Assembly (NCBI GenBank): GCA_963725865.1
Contig: CAVSAC010000014.1
Location: forward strand, 1,056,001 to 1,120,000
Source of the DNA: Candidatus Eiseniibacteriota bacterium
GTDB taxonomy: Bacteria; Eisenbacteria; RBG-16-71-46
Length of the DNA stretch: 64,000 bases
Reading direction: 5' to 3'
The position numbers and the translations under genes are program-made. A model generated the notes under the pieces. The model was not told the origin of the DNA and made no database searches. It saw only the letters and a program-made list of their open reading frames with translations. Positions 50,969 through 59,974 of this stretch are shown in pieces (the first letter of the stretch is position 1; each line of letters begins with the position of its first letter).

Positions 50969-51889
50969 ATGACCCGGAAGAAGCGCAGTATCGATGTGAT
51001 CGGCGTGCCGGTCGACCTCGGCGCGGGCCGCCGGGGCGTCGACATGGGTCCGTCGGCCATCCGCATCGCCGACCTCGAGTCCCGCCTGGAATCGCTCGGC
51101 CACAAGGTCCACGACGAGGGTGACCTCGACGTGATGATCCCCGAGACCCAGAAGGTCGGCGAGGACAAGCTCCGCTACAAGACGCCCGTGCTGGCAGCCT
51201 GCGACGAGTTGCGCCGCGCGGTCGAGGAGAGCCTCGGCAAAGGCCGGCTCCCGCTCGTTCTGGGGGGCGACCACAGCATCGCGATCGGTTCGGTCTCGGG
51301 CACCTCGAACCATGCCGCCCGCGAGGGAGAGCACATCGGGCTGATCTGGTTCGACGCCCACGGCGACGCCAACACCCCGGAATCCACGCCGTCGGGCAAC
51401 ATCCACGGCATGTCGCTCGCGGTGCTGCTCGGCCAGGGCGATCACGACCTCGTGCACCTCGGCGGGCGCGCGCCCAAGGTCCAGGCCCGCAACGCGGTCC
51501 TGATCGGCGTGCGCGATCTCGACGCCGGCGAGCGCGAGATCCTCAAGCGGAGCGGCGTGACCGTCTACACCATGCGCGACATCGACGAGCGCGGGATGCG
51601 CGACGTGGTCGACGAGGCGATCCGCCTCGCCGGCGACGGCACCGCGGGCATCCACCTCTCGTTCGACCTCGACGTGCTCGATCCCGAGGACGCGCCCGGG
51701 ACCGGCACCCCGGTGTGGGGCGGCATCACGTATCGCGAGGCGCACCTGGCGATGGAGCTGCTCGCCGATCGCGCCAACATCGTGGCGATGGACCTGGTCG
51801 AGGTGAATCCGGTGCTCGACACCCAGAACATGACCGGGATCCTCGCCGCCGAGCTCGCCCAGAGCGCGCTCGGCAAACGCATCCTCTGA
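50969..51889 (+). CDS. rocF: Arginase
   Basis: GVDMGP, LGGDHS, WFDAHGD, SGNIHGM, SFDLD, VEVNP. Confidence 0.95.
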   Translation: MTRKKRSIDVIGVPVDLGAGRRGVDMGPSAIRIADLESRLESLGHKVHDEGDLDVMIPETQKVGEDKLRYKTPVLAACDELRRAVEESLGKGRLPLVLGGDHSIAIGSVSGTSNHAAREGEHIGLIWFDAHGDANTPESTPSGNIHGMSLAVLLGQGDHDLVHLGGRAPKVQARNAVLIGVRDLDAGEREILKRSGVTVYTMRDIDERGMRDVVDEAIRLAGDGTAGIHLSFDLDVLDPEDAPGTGTPVWGGITYREAHLAMELLADRANIVAMDLVEVNPVLDTQNMTGILAAELAQSALGKRIL

Positions 51890-51921
51890 CTCAGTCCGCG
51901 CCGCCCGCGGCGCGAGGAGAC

Positions 51922-52374
51922 ATGTCCCGAACGATCGTGCGACTCGTGATGCTGGCCGCGGTGCTGGCGGTCGCGCTGTGGATGCGGCTGGCCCCGCACG
52001 CGCCCCCGACGGTTCGCGGAGCGACGTCGCCGGTGGCGACCGCGCCGGCGACCGCACCGGCGGCGCAGACGCACGGGTTCGGGCCCGCGGTCGGGTTCCA
52101 GAGCCGCGAGCGGTGGATGGAGCATTTTCAGAAGCACGGTGCCGAGCTCGGCTGCACGAGCCCGGAGGAGTACCTGCGCCGCGCGCAGGCGCTGCGCGAT
52201 CGCCCGGCGGCCGGCGACGTGCTGGAAGCGGTGCGCGGTGACGGGGTGGTGACGCGATTCGACCGTGCGAGCGGGCTGTTCGTCGCCTTCGGCGAGGATG
52301 GCGTGCTGCGCACCTGTTTTCGACCCCATGACGGCGAGTCGTACTTCCGCCGTCAGCTCGAACGGGAGCACTGA
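51922..52374 (+). CDS. Exported or membrane-anchored protein with a toxin-nuclease-like C-domain
   Basis: GAGGAG RBS; N-terminal hydrophobic helix, Pro/Ala/Thr linker, HFQKHG..EEY..GVLRTCFRP..YF. Confidence 0.65.
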   Translation: MSRTIVRLVMLAAVLAVALWMRLAPHAPPTVRGATSPVATAPATAPAAQTHGFGPAVGFQSRERWMEHFQKHGAELGCTSPEEYLRRAQALRDRPAAGDVLEAVRGDGVVTRFDRASGLFVAFGEDGVLRTCFRPHDGESYFRRQLEREH

Positions 52375-52778
52375 TGACGGCGATCGACCCGGTAAGGGAC
52401 CTCCTGCGCTCGCGCGGTTGCGCCGACCGCGCGGTGGAGGGTGGTCTCGAAGGACTGCTCGAAGCGTGGGAGCGGGTGGCCGAGACGCTCGAGGGCGGCT
52501 ACGCGCTGGGCCTCGACGACTACCTCAACGACCTGGACGTGCGCGAGCTGCTCGACGCGGTGATCCTGCTGGCGACCGACCGCGACCGCACCAAGGCGGC
52601 CAAGCGGCTGGCGGCGATCGACACGCGCGTGCGATCGGCCACCGAGCCCGCGGGGCGCTGCCTGTGGGGCGAGCGCGTGGCGAGGTCGCACGGCTGGACC
52701 CTGACGACGCACTGGTGGTACTACGTGCGCCCGCGCCGCATGGGCACCGAGCTGCGCGCCGACCTGGGCGACGCCTGA
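52374..52778 (+). CDS. Hypothetical protein, possible immunity protein
   Basis: TGATG coupling; GYALGLDDYLNDLDVR and WWYYVRP motifs. Confidence 0.65.
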   Translation: MTAIDPVRDLLRSRGCADRAVEGGLEGLLEAWERVAETLEGGYALGLDDYLNDLDVRELLDAVILLATDRDRTKAAKRLAAIDTRVRSATEPAGRCLWGERVARSHGWTLTTHWWYYVRPRRMGTELRADLGDA

Positions 52779-53302
52779 TGCGGGCGACGAGGCCGCCGCG
52801 CGCCGCGATCGCCGCGCTCCTGCTGCTCGCACTGGCCCTCATCACCGCGGCGGCGCCCGCGCCCCGGGGCGCGACCGGGAGCCCGGTCCGGCGGCCGGAG
52901 GCGGCGCGCGAGGACAGCCTCGCGGTGCGGCGCGGCATCGATGCCGCGAACGCCGTCTACCTCGACGCGTTCCGTCGCGGCGACGCGGTTGCGCTCGCCT
53001 CGGTCTACGACGAGGACGCCGCGCAGCTGCGGCCGGGCGGCCAGGTGGTGCGCGGCCGCGCGGCGATCGCCGCCAGCCTCGCGCCGCTGCTGCAGCGCAT
53101 CCACTTCATCAACGGCAGCATCACGTCGTCGTCGCTGTGGCACGTGGACGACCTGGTGTACGACGTCGGCCACTACACCTTCGTGTTCCAGCCCGAGGGC
53201 AAGGACACGCTGGTCGAGCGCAGCCGCTACCTGAACGTCTGGAGACGGCAGGCCGACGGCACGTGGCGCATCTGGCGCGACGTGCCGGTGCCGCGCGAGT
53301 AG
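52778..53302 (+). CDS. Secreted NTF2-like (DUF4440/SnoaL) protein
   Basis: TGATG coupling; signal peptide; GDAVALASVY, VRGRAAI, VWRRQADGTWRI. Confidence 0.85.
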   Translation: MRATRPPRAAIAALLLLALALITAAAPAPRGATGSPVRRPEAAREDSLAVRRGIDAANAVYLDAFRRGDAVALASVYDEDAAQLRPGGQVVRGRAAIAASLAPLLQRIHFINGSITSSSLWHVDDLVYDVGHYTFVFQPEGKDTLVERSRYLNVWRRQADGTWRIWRDVPVPRE

Positions 53303-53308
53303 CGGCCG

Positions 53309-55027
53309 TCAGGTCCGCACGCCGCGCAGCAGGGCGAGCAACCCGGCGCGCAGCTTCGCATGGGAGTCGAAGCGGCGCACGAACTCGCTCTCGCGGCGTC
53401 CGCCCTTCGCACGGATGACCTCGACGAACGCCCGCCGCTCGGCCGCGGTCCAGCGCGCCAGCCCGGGCAGCATCAGCACCAGCGGCGCCCAGCGCGCGAG
53501 CGCCAGCTCCTCCTCGCCGCTCCAGCCGCGCCGCGCGGTGGGCAGCCCGAGGCGCGCCGCGGCCTCGGCCGCGCACACCGGCTCGGCGAGCCGACGCTCC
53601 GCCCCGAAGCGCGTGCTGATCATCCGCATGATCGCGATCCCCACGTTCGGGATCGGCACCCGGCCGATGACGTCGCGCCGCGGGCGGCCGAGGTGCCAGT
53701 ACACGTTCTCCTCGCCGAGCCGTTTCAGCGTCGCGAGCGAGGAGCGATGCGCGGGATCGGCGGCCATCCGGCGCTCCTCGCGCCGCATCAGCCGCACCGC
53801 GGTCGGCGCCGCCGGGCGGAAGCCGAGCTTGCGGTAGAACCACCAGGCGCCCGACGCGAGCCCCTCGTGGTTGCCCGCACCTCCGAGCTGGTACGGGAAG
53901 ATCGTGAACGCGTCCGAGCCGAACAGCGCGCGCAGCATGCTCAGCACGCGCCCGTACACCGCGCCGGCCTCGGCGCCCCGGTAGGTGTCGAACACGTTGT
54001 ACGCGACTTCCGACGAGCCGAACAGCGCGCTCGAGAGCACGTAGCCGATCGGCACGCCGTTCTTGAGCGTGAGGAAGCCGTACACCGATTCGAGCAGCAG
54101 ACGGCGCTCCGGGGTCACGCCCATCGCCGCGAACTGGAGCCCCGCGCCGCAGTCCACCACGCGCACGTCGCGCGGGTCGGCGTACGAGAACGCGTCGAGG
54201 TCGCGACTACGCGTCACCATCGCCGCCCGCGCGAGGTCGATGAGCCGCTGGCCCTCGCGCTCGTCCACCGCGCGGATCGCCCGCGGCGGTCGCGCCAGCT
54301 CGGCGCGCAGATCGGGCCGCTCCCGCCGCAGCGGGCGGTGTTGATAGGCGACCCGCGCCCGCGGCCAATGCGCGTGCGTGCGGGTCGGCGTACCGGGGCC
54401 GGGCGACAGCACCAGCGGCAGGTCGAGCCCGTCCCACACCTTCTCGCGCGCGAAGTCGTCGTGCACCGCGTCGGGCAGCCGCCGCGCGAGGAACGACGCA
54501 TCGGTCTCACTCGGACCCTTCAGACGCGCGAGCCAGCCGCGCAGCCCGTAGTCGTACTCGTCGAGCCCGGGCGTCTCCGAGTAGATCGCGAACAGCGGCA
54601 GCAACGACTCGAGCCGTGCCGGCTCGTCGAGCGCGTCCCAGTCGACGGCGAGCGCGCGTGGCCAGCGCTCCGCGAGCCAGCGCGCGGTGGACTGGAAGAA
54701 CGGGTAGTGGATCGCGGTGCCGGCGATGCCGCTGTCGGCGAGCGCCGCGCGGAAGCGCCGCACGTCGGCGCGGCGGCCGAAGCCGCTCAGCACGCGCTCC
54801 ACCGCGGCGCGCACGCGCCGGTCGTCGGGGTAGGCGCGCAGGAACAGCAGTGCCTCGTGCAGGCGCAGCACGCGCTCGGCGGTGACCTGCGGCGCGCGGG
54901 CGAGCGCGCGGGCGAGCGCGGACTTCTCGCGAGCCAGTGCCGGGACGCCGTACTCGGCCTGGATCGACTCGAGACGGACGAGCGCGTCGGCGCGCACGCG
55001 GGCGCGCGGGCGTCCGCGCCGGCTCAT
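53309..55027 (-). CDS. Hypothetical protein (572 aa) with GNAT-like C-terminal motif
   Basis: ATGA overlap; globular composition; NVFDTYRG, GAWWFYRKLGFRP. Confidence 0.7.
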   Translation of the reverse strand: MSRRGRPRARVRADALVRLESIQAEYGVPALAREKSALARALARAPQVTAERVLRLHEALLFLRAYPDDRRVRAAVERVLSGFGRRADVRRFRAALADSGIAGTAIHYPFFQSTARWLAERWPRALAVDWDALDEPARLESLLPLFAIYSETPGLDEYDYGLRGWLARLKGPSETDASFLARRLPDAVHDDFAREKVWDGLDLPLVLSPGPGTPTRTHAHWPRARVAYQHRPLRRERPDLRAELARPPRAIRAVDEREGQRLIDLARAAMVTRSRDLDAFSYADPRDVRVVDCGAGLQFAAMGVTPERRLLLESVYGFLTLKNGVPIGYVLSSALFGSSEVAYNVFDTYRGAEAGAVYGRVLSMLRALFGSDAFTIFPYQLGGAGNHEGLASGAWWFYRKLGFRPAAPTAVRLMRREERRMAADPAHRSSLATLKRLGEENVYWHLGRPRRDVIGRVPIPNVGIAIMRMISTRFGAERRLAEPVCAAEAAARLGLPTARRGWSGEEELALARWAPLVLMLPGLARWTAAERRAFVEVIRAKGGRRESEFVRRFDSHAKLRAGLLALLRGVRT

Positions 55028-55281
55028 ATGTGCTGTCCGTCGGGCCGCGCGGTCGAGCCGCCGTCGTCGCCCTCCGCCGGCACCCAGCCTTCGTCCGGCA
55101 GCAGCATGTCCGCCTCGCCCGTGATCCGATGGATGCGCACCGGCACCACGTCGCCGTCCACGGTCATGTGGTCGTAGCGATAGGCGGTCGGCCACACGTA
55201 GCAGCCGAACAGCGCGACCAGCGCGCCGACCACGCACCACCAGAGCAGGCGCAGCACGGTGCGCGCGGCGACGGCGGGCAT
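55024..55281 (-). CDS. Small single-TM protein (85 aa)
   Basis: Coupled at both ends (TGATG, ATGA); TM then VRIHRITGEA. Confidence 0.65.
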   Translation of the reverse strand: MPAVAARTVLRLLWWCVVGALVALFGCYVWPTAYRYDHMTVDGDVVPVRIHRITGEADMLLPDEGWVPAEGDDGGSTARPDGQHI

Positions 55282-57274
55282 CAGCGCGCCCACTTCTCGA
55301 ACCACGCCAGCGTGCGCGTGTACTGGTCGGCGCGATGGCGGGGCTCGCGCAGCCCGTGGCCCTCGCGCGGGTAGTGCACGTATTCGGTCGGCACCCCGAG
55401 GGCGAGCAGCGCGCGGTAGAGCTGCTGCGCCTGCGGGGGCGGGACGCGCGCGTCGTTCTCGCCGACCTGGATGAGCGTCGGCGTCTTCGCATTCTGGATG
55501 GAGGTGAATGGCGACGATTTCGCCCACGCCTCGGGGTTCTCCCACGGGGCGCCCTCGAACTCGAAGGCGCGGTACTTCTGCACGTCGCTCTGGCCGTAGA
55601 ACGAGGCGAGCTCGACCGCGCCCGCGAACACGCAGGCGGCCTTGAAGCGGGTGGTCTGCGTGATCGCCCACGCGGTGAGATAGCCGCCGTACGAGCCGCC
55701 CATCACCGCGAGCCGCCGCGGATCGACGAGCCCGCGGGCGACCAGCGAGTCCACGCCGCTCATGACGTCGCGCCAGTCCTGCCCGCCCCAGTCGGCGCGC
55801 TGGCGCAGCATGAACGCCGTGCCGTAGCCGCCGCTGGAGCGGAAGTTCGGCATGAACACCTGCCAGCCGTTGGCGGCGAAGTACTGCGCGCCGCTTTGGA
55901 AGCCGAGCCCGTAGCGCGAGCCGTACGGGCCGCCGTGCAGCACCACCAGTGTGCGCAGCGGCGCGTCCGCGGGCGCGCCGGCGGGCCGCACCAGCAGCCC
56001 CTCGACCCGCACGCCGTCGGTGCTCGCCCATCCCACCGCGCGGCTGATCCCGAGCGTGGCCTTCTGGATCGCGGAGTTGAGCGCGGTGACGCGGTGCGCG
56101 GGCTCGGTGATGTCGTCGGCCAGCCACACCTCGGCCGGCTCGTTGGACCGCGATTGCACCCACGCGGCGCCGCCGCGCGACGACATCGCGAACGCGCCCG
56201 TCTCACCGCGCACGTCGGACTCGAGCCGGACGGGCCCGCCGCCGATCGGCACCCACGCGAGCTGCGAGCTCACCCCCTGCTGCGACCAGAAGTACAGGGT
56301 CTCGCTGTCGCGGCCCCACTCGGGCGCGTCGGCGTCCTCGTCGAAGCCCGCGGTGAGGTTGCGCGCGGGCCCGCCGGTCGCGGGGGCGACCCACAGGTCG
56401 GTCTTCTGCACGTAGCGGGTGCGGTCGCCGCCCGCCGCCCACGCGATCCAGCGACCGTCCGGCGACCACGCCGGCTCGCGGCCCAGCACGCCGAGCATGC
56501 GCACCGCGCCGCCCGCCACCGGAACGATGGCGATGTCGACGGCGTTCTCGTCGTCGGGCTTGCCGGTCGGACTCACCAGACAGGCGAGCTGCTTCGAATC
56601 GGGCGACCAGTGCACCGCCCAGCAGTACCGCGGTCCGTCGACGAGCTGCCGCTGGACGCCCGTCGCGATCTCGACCACCCACAGGCGCGCATACTGGAGC
56701 CGCTCGTCCTCGACCGCGTGGTCCCACTTCTTCTTCCGCCACTCCCGCACCGCCTTCGGCAGGGTGTCGGTCTTCACGTACGCCAGGTAGCGGCCGTCGG
56801 GCGACCACGCCACCTCGCCGATCGCCTCGTCGTAGGTGCCGAACGCCCACGGCTCGCCGCCGCGCAGCGAGATCATGTAGATCGCGGGCCTGGCGTCGTC
56901 CCCGGTGCCGCGCGAGCCGACGAACGCGAGCGTGTCACCGCCCGGCGAGAACGTCGGGCTGACGTCCGCCTTCGGATGCCGCGTGAGGCGCACGGCGTCG
57001 CCCGGGTGGATGGCGTCGACCAGATAGAGGTCCGAGTTGTTGGAGTCCTCGGCGGTGTCCGGCGAGCTCGCCACCACTGCCAGGCGCAGACCATCCGGCG
57101 ACCACACGAGCGAGTTGATGGTGGTCAGCGTCAGCAGGTGATCGAGGCGGAATGCGTTCGACGCGGGCGTCGCCGGCGTGGCCGCGGCGCGGCGGAGCGC
57201 GGCTTCGCGACGACGGGTGAGCGGGCGGTGAGCGCGAGCATCAGGACGATCGACAGGCGGGCGAACAGGCGCAT
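55281..57274 (-). CDS. S9 family (acylaminoacyl/prolyl oligo) peptidase with an apparent 1-nt frameshift after the signal peptide
   Basis: WSPDG propeller repeats, HGGP, GGSYGG, GENDARV, EGHG; ATG 57274 signal peptide is out of frame with the body. Confidence 0.85.
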
Positions 57275-57467
57275 CGGGAGCTCCGGTCGGCGACGGGGAT
57301 CGCGGCAGTCGACGCGCGAGCCTAATGGAAGGGCGGCACCGGTGCCACCCGCGGGTGCCCTACGGAGGGCCGCGACCGGCGCGGCCGGGAGCCGCGGCGC
57401 GGGTGCCAGCGCGGTGCGGAACGGACGGAGCGCCCGGGCGCGGAGGCTCGCCCGGACACCGCGCGGA

Positions 57468-57836
57468 TCAGCGTCCGGTGTTCTCGGACCGATCCGCGGG
57501 CTTCACCACCACCCGGTGCGCCGTCGTGCGGCCGCCGTCGTCACGGTAGTAGACCGTGACGTGCGCGTCCTTCTCGAGCTCGCCGGTGGTGGACATCTCC
57601 GCGTGCCTCGCGAACGTCATCGTGCGCGAGGTCTTGCCACGCTTCTCGACCGTGATGCTGGTGCGATCGAGCGCGGTCACCCAGCCCGTGAACTGTCGCA
57701 GCGACGTCTTCTTCACGGTCCGGGTCTGCGTCGCGGCGCCCTTCGCGGGGGCCGCCAGCGCGTTGCGCGCGCCGAGCCCGCCCGCTCCGCACAACAGCGC
57801 GGCCACGAGCGGCACGGCGATCCAACCCTGCTTCAT
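57468..57836 (-). CDS. Small exported basic beta-rich (OB-fold-like) protein
   Basis: GGAGG RBS; signal peptide; FTGWVTALD..ITV..VTVYY. Confidence 0.7.
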   Translation of the reverse strand: MKQGWIAVPLVAALLCGAGGLGARNALAAPAKGAATQTRTVKKTSLRQFTGWVTALDRTSITVEKRGKTSRTMTFARHAEMSTTGELEKDAHVTVYYRDDGGRTTAHRVVVKPADRSENTGR

Positions 57837-57878
57837 CCTCCTCACCTCCCTTCGTCACCTCGGGAGCAGGGCGCGCGC

Positions 57879-57908
57879 AATCTAGGGAGGCACTCGCGTG
57901 CTCGTCAA
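57879..57908 (-). promoter_or_regulatory. Sigma70-like promoter
   Basis: TTGACG-N18-TAGATT. Confidence 0.5.
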
Positions 57909-57954
57909 GGCCCGAGTCGCGATCCAGGCGGGTGAGTACGAGGTCGACGGCGCG

Positions 57955-58899
57955 TCATCCTTCGTGCACAGGGGGCCGGCGGTCGCGGGCGTGCCGCGCC
58001 GCGCGCCATAGCTGCACGTACGCCGCGATCGTCGCCTCGAGCGGCCGCGCGTAGCCACCGCCCAGGGTGACCACGACGGGTACGGCGTGGGACTCGCACC
58101 ATTCGAACACCCGCGCGTCGCGTGCCGCGAGTCCGGCGTGGGTGAGCGCGAGACGGCCGAGACGGTCCTCCGCGAGTCCGTCGACGCCCGCCTGGTAGAA
58201 CACCACGTCCGGCGCGTGAGCGGCGAGCGCGCCCGGCACGTGCGCGTCGAGCGCCGCGAGGAACGCGGCGTCCTCGCAGCCGTCCGGCAGCGCGACATCG
58301 AGCGAGCCGCGCTCCTTGCGTGCCGGGTAGTTGCGCGCGCCGTGGATCGAGAGCGTGAAGATGCTGGGGTCGTGCGCGCACAGGGCGGCCGTGCCGTTGC
58401 CCTGGTGCACGTCGAGGTCGAGCACGAACGGCCGCCGTGCGCGACCCTCGCTGCGCAGCATCGCGATCGCGATCGCGATGTCGTTGAACACGCAGTACGC
58501 CTCGCCGCGGTCGCGGAACGCGTGGTGGGTGCCGCCGGCGAGGTTGCCGGCCACGCCATGCAGCCACGCCGCGCTCGCGGCGGCGACCGTGCCGGCGACC
58601 GAGGTGCGGGCGCGCTCGACCAGCGCGGGCGTCCACGGGAGCCCGAGGCGGCGCACGGCGGCGTCGTCGAGTCGCCCGCACAGCGCGCGGTCGACGTAGT
58701 CGGGATCGTGGGCCGCTTCCAGCCAGGCCACCGGAGCTGGCGCGGCACGATGGACGTGGGCGGCCTCCAGCACGCCTGCGGCGAGCAACGCCTCGCGGGT
58801 CAGCGCGTACTTGGCGATCGGGAACGGGTGATCCGCGGGCAGCGGCACCGGGACGTGGTCGCTCGACCACGCGTGGAGCGGCCGTGCGGGATCGCTCAT
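57955..58899 (-). CDS. Histone deacetylase family (Zn-dependent) protein
   Basis: HPFP, GGTHHA, FND, DLDVHQGNGT, AGVD..DRLG, GGGY. Confidence 0.93.
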   Translation of the reverse strand: MSDPARPLHAWSSDHVPVPLPADHPFPIAKYALTREALLAAGVLEAAHVHRAAPAPVAWLEAAHDPDYVDRALCGRLDDAAVRRLGLPWTPALVERARTSVAGTVAAASAAWLHGVAGNLAGGTHHAFRDRGEAYCVFNDIAIAIAMLRSEGRARRPFVLDLDVHQGNGTAALCAHDPSIFTLSIHGARNYPARKERGSLDVALPDGCEDAAFLAALDAHVPGALAAHAPDVVFYQAGVDGLAEDRLGRLALTHAGLAARDARVFEWCESHAVPVVVTLGGGYARPLEATIAAYVQLWRAARHARDRRPPVHEG

Positions 58900-59738
58900 G
58901 CGCGGGGGGGACGGCGCAGGCCGAGCTTGCGCAGGCGCGACGTGAGCGTCGTGGCGGGCAGCCCCAGGATGCGCGCGGCGCCGTGCGGGCCGCTCACGCG
59001 CCAGCGCGTGTGCTCGAGCACGCGCAGCAGCGCGTCGCGCTCGAGATCGGCGAGCGGCCGCAGATGAGAGCCATCCGGCGGCGCTGCGAGTGCGGCCGCG
59101 GCGTTCTGGGGGGCGACCGCCGGCGCCGCCACCGCGCGGCGTTCCCCGCCCGCCGCCGTCCGGGCACCGAGCGTGCGCGCCGTGACGAGCGCGTTGGCCG
59201 CGAGCCGGGCCGCGAGCGTCAGGGCGGCGCCATCCGACTCCCGCCAGGCGCGGCGCGAGAACGCCGCCAGCACCCCGAGCAGCTCGTCGCGGAACAGCAG
59301 CGGCAGCGCGGCGAATCCCAGCACGCGATGCGCGGCGAGCCATCCGGGCTCGGCGAGGCCCAGCCCGGAGAGATCGCCCTGCACCACGTAGGGCTCCAGC
59401 GTGACGGCGACCATGCCGACGCGGCGCGCGCCGATCGGGAAGCGACGGAACGGGCCGTCGAGGCGACCGGTCAGTCCGGCGCTCGCCGCCAGGTGCAGGC
59501 AACCGGAGCGATCCGCGCACTCCTCGCGCAGTGCGCACTCGGCGCACAGGTCGCCGGGCCCGCGCAGCCAGACGCGGGCGAGCACCGCGTCGAACGCCTC
59601 GGCGCAGCCCGCCGCGATCGCCGGCAGGACGCTCGATCCGTCGGTGGCCCCGGCCAGGGTGTCGGACAGCCGCAGAGCGAAGCGCTCGATGGCCACCTGT
59701 GGCGAAGGACTGGGCTGAACCTCGGCTCCCGGGTGCAT
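58896..59738 (-). CDS. GAF (4-Cys) plus Fis-type HTH regulator lacking the AAA+ domain
   Basis: CAECALREECADRSGCLHL in GAF; FhlA-like HTH LERDALLRVLEHTRWRVSGPHGAARILGL; no Walker A or GAFTGA; AGGAGG RBS. Confidence 0.8.
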   Translation of the reverse strand: MHPGAEVQPSPSPQVAIERFALRLSDTLAGATDGSSVLPAIAAGCAEAFDAVLARVWLRGPGDLCAECALREECADRSGCLHLAASAGLTGRLDGPFRRFPIGARRVGMVAVTLEPYVVQGDLSGLGLAEPGWLAAHRVLGFAALPLLFRDELLGVLAAFSRRAWRESDGAALTLAARLAANALVTARTLGARTAAGGERRAVAAPAVAPQNAAAALAAPPDGSHLRPLADLERDALLRVLEHTRWRVSGPHGAARILGLPATTLTSRLRKLGLRRPPRA

Positions 59739-59772
59739 CGGCGAGCGAACCTCCTGAAGCAACACATGATCT

Positions 59773-59860
59773 CGATATGTCGCCAATCCATGATTTCTCG
59801 TTATTTCGTGATTGGCGATATTTCGCCATCAGGATGGGCGAGTCTGCACACCCTCGTCAA
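59773..59860 (-). promoter_or_regulatory. Sigma70-like promoter overlapped by repeated operator boxes
   Basis: TTGACG-N18-CATCCT (59860-59831); palindrome TGGCGA-TATT-TCGCCA 59813-59828; repeat CGATATGTCGCCA 59773-59785; CGTTATTTCG 59799-59808. Confidence 0.6.
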
Positions 59861-59974
59861 GATCCTTCTGGGCACCAAAGGGGGTGCCGGGCGCCGTCCC
59901 GGATGCGGTCGTCGATCGAAGACGAGGGTCATCGGCCAGGCAGGCTGCCCCGATCCTCGCGACCGCGACCGCCC

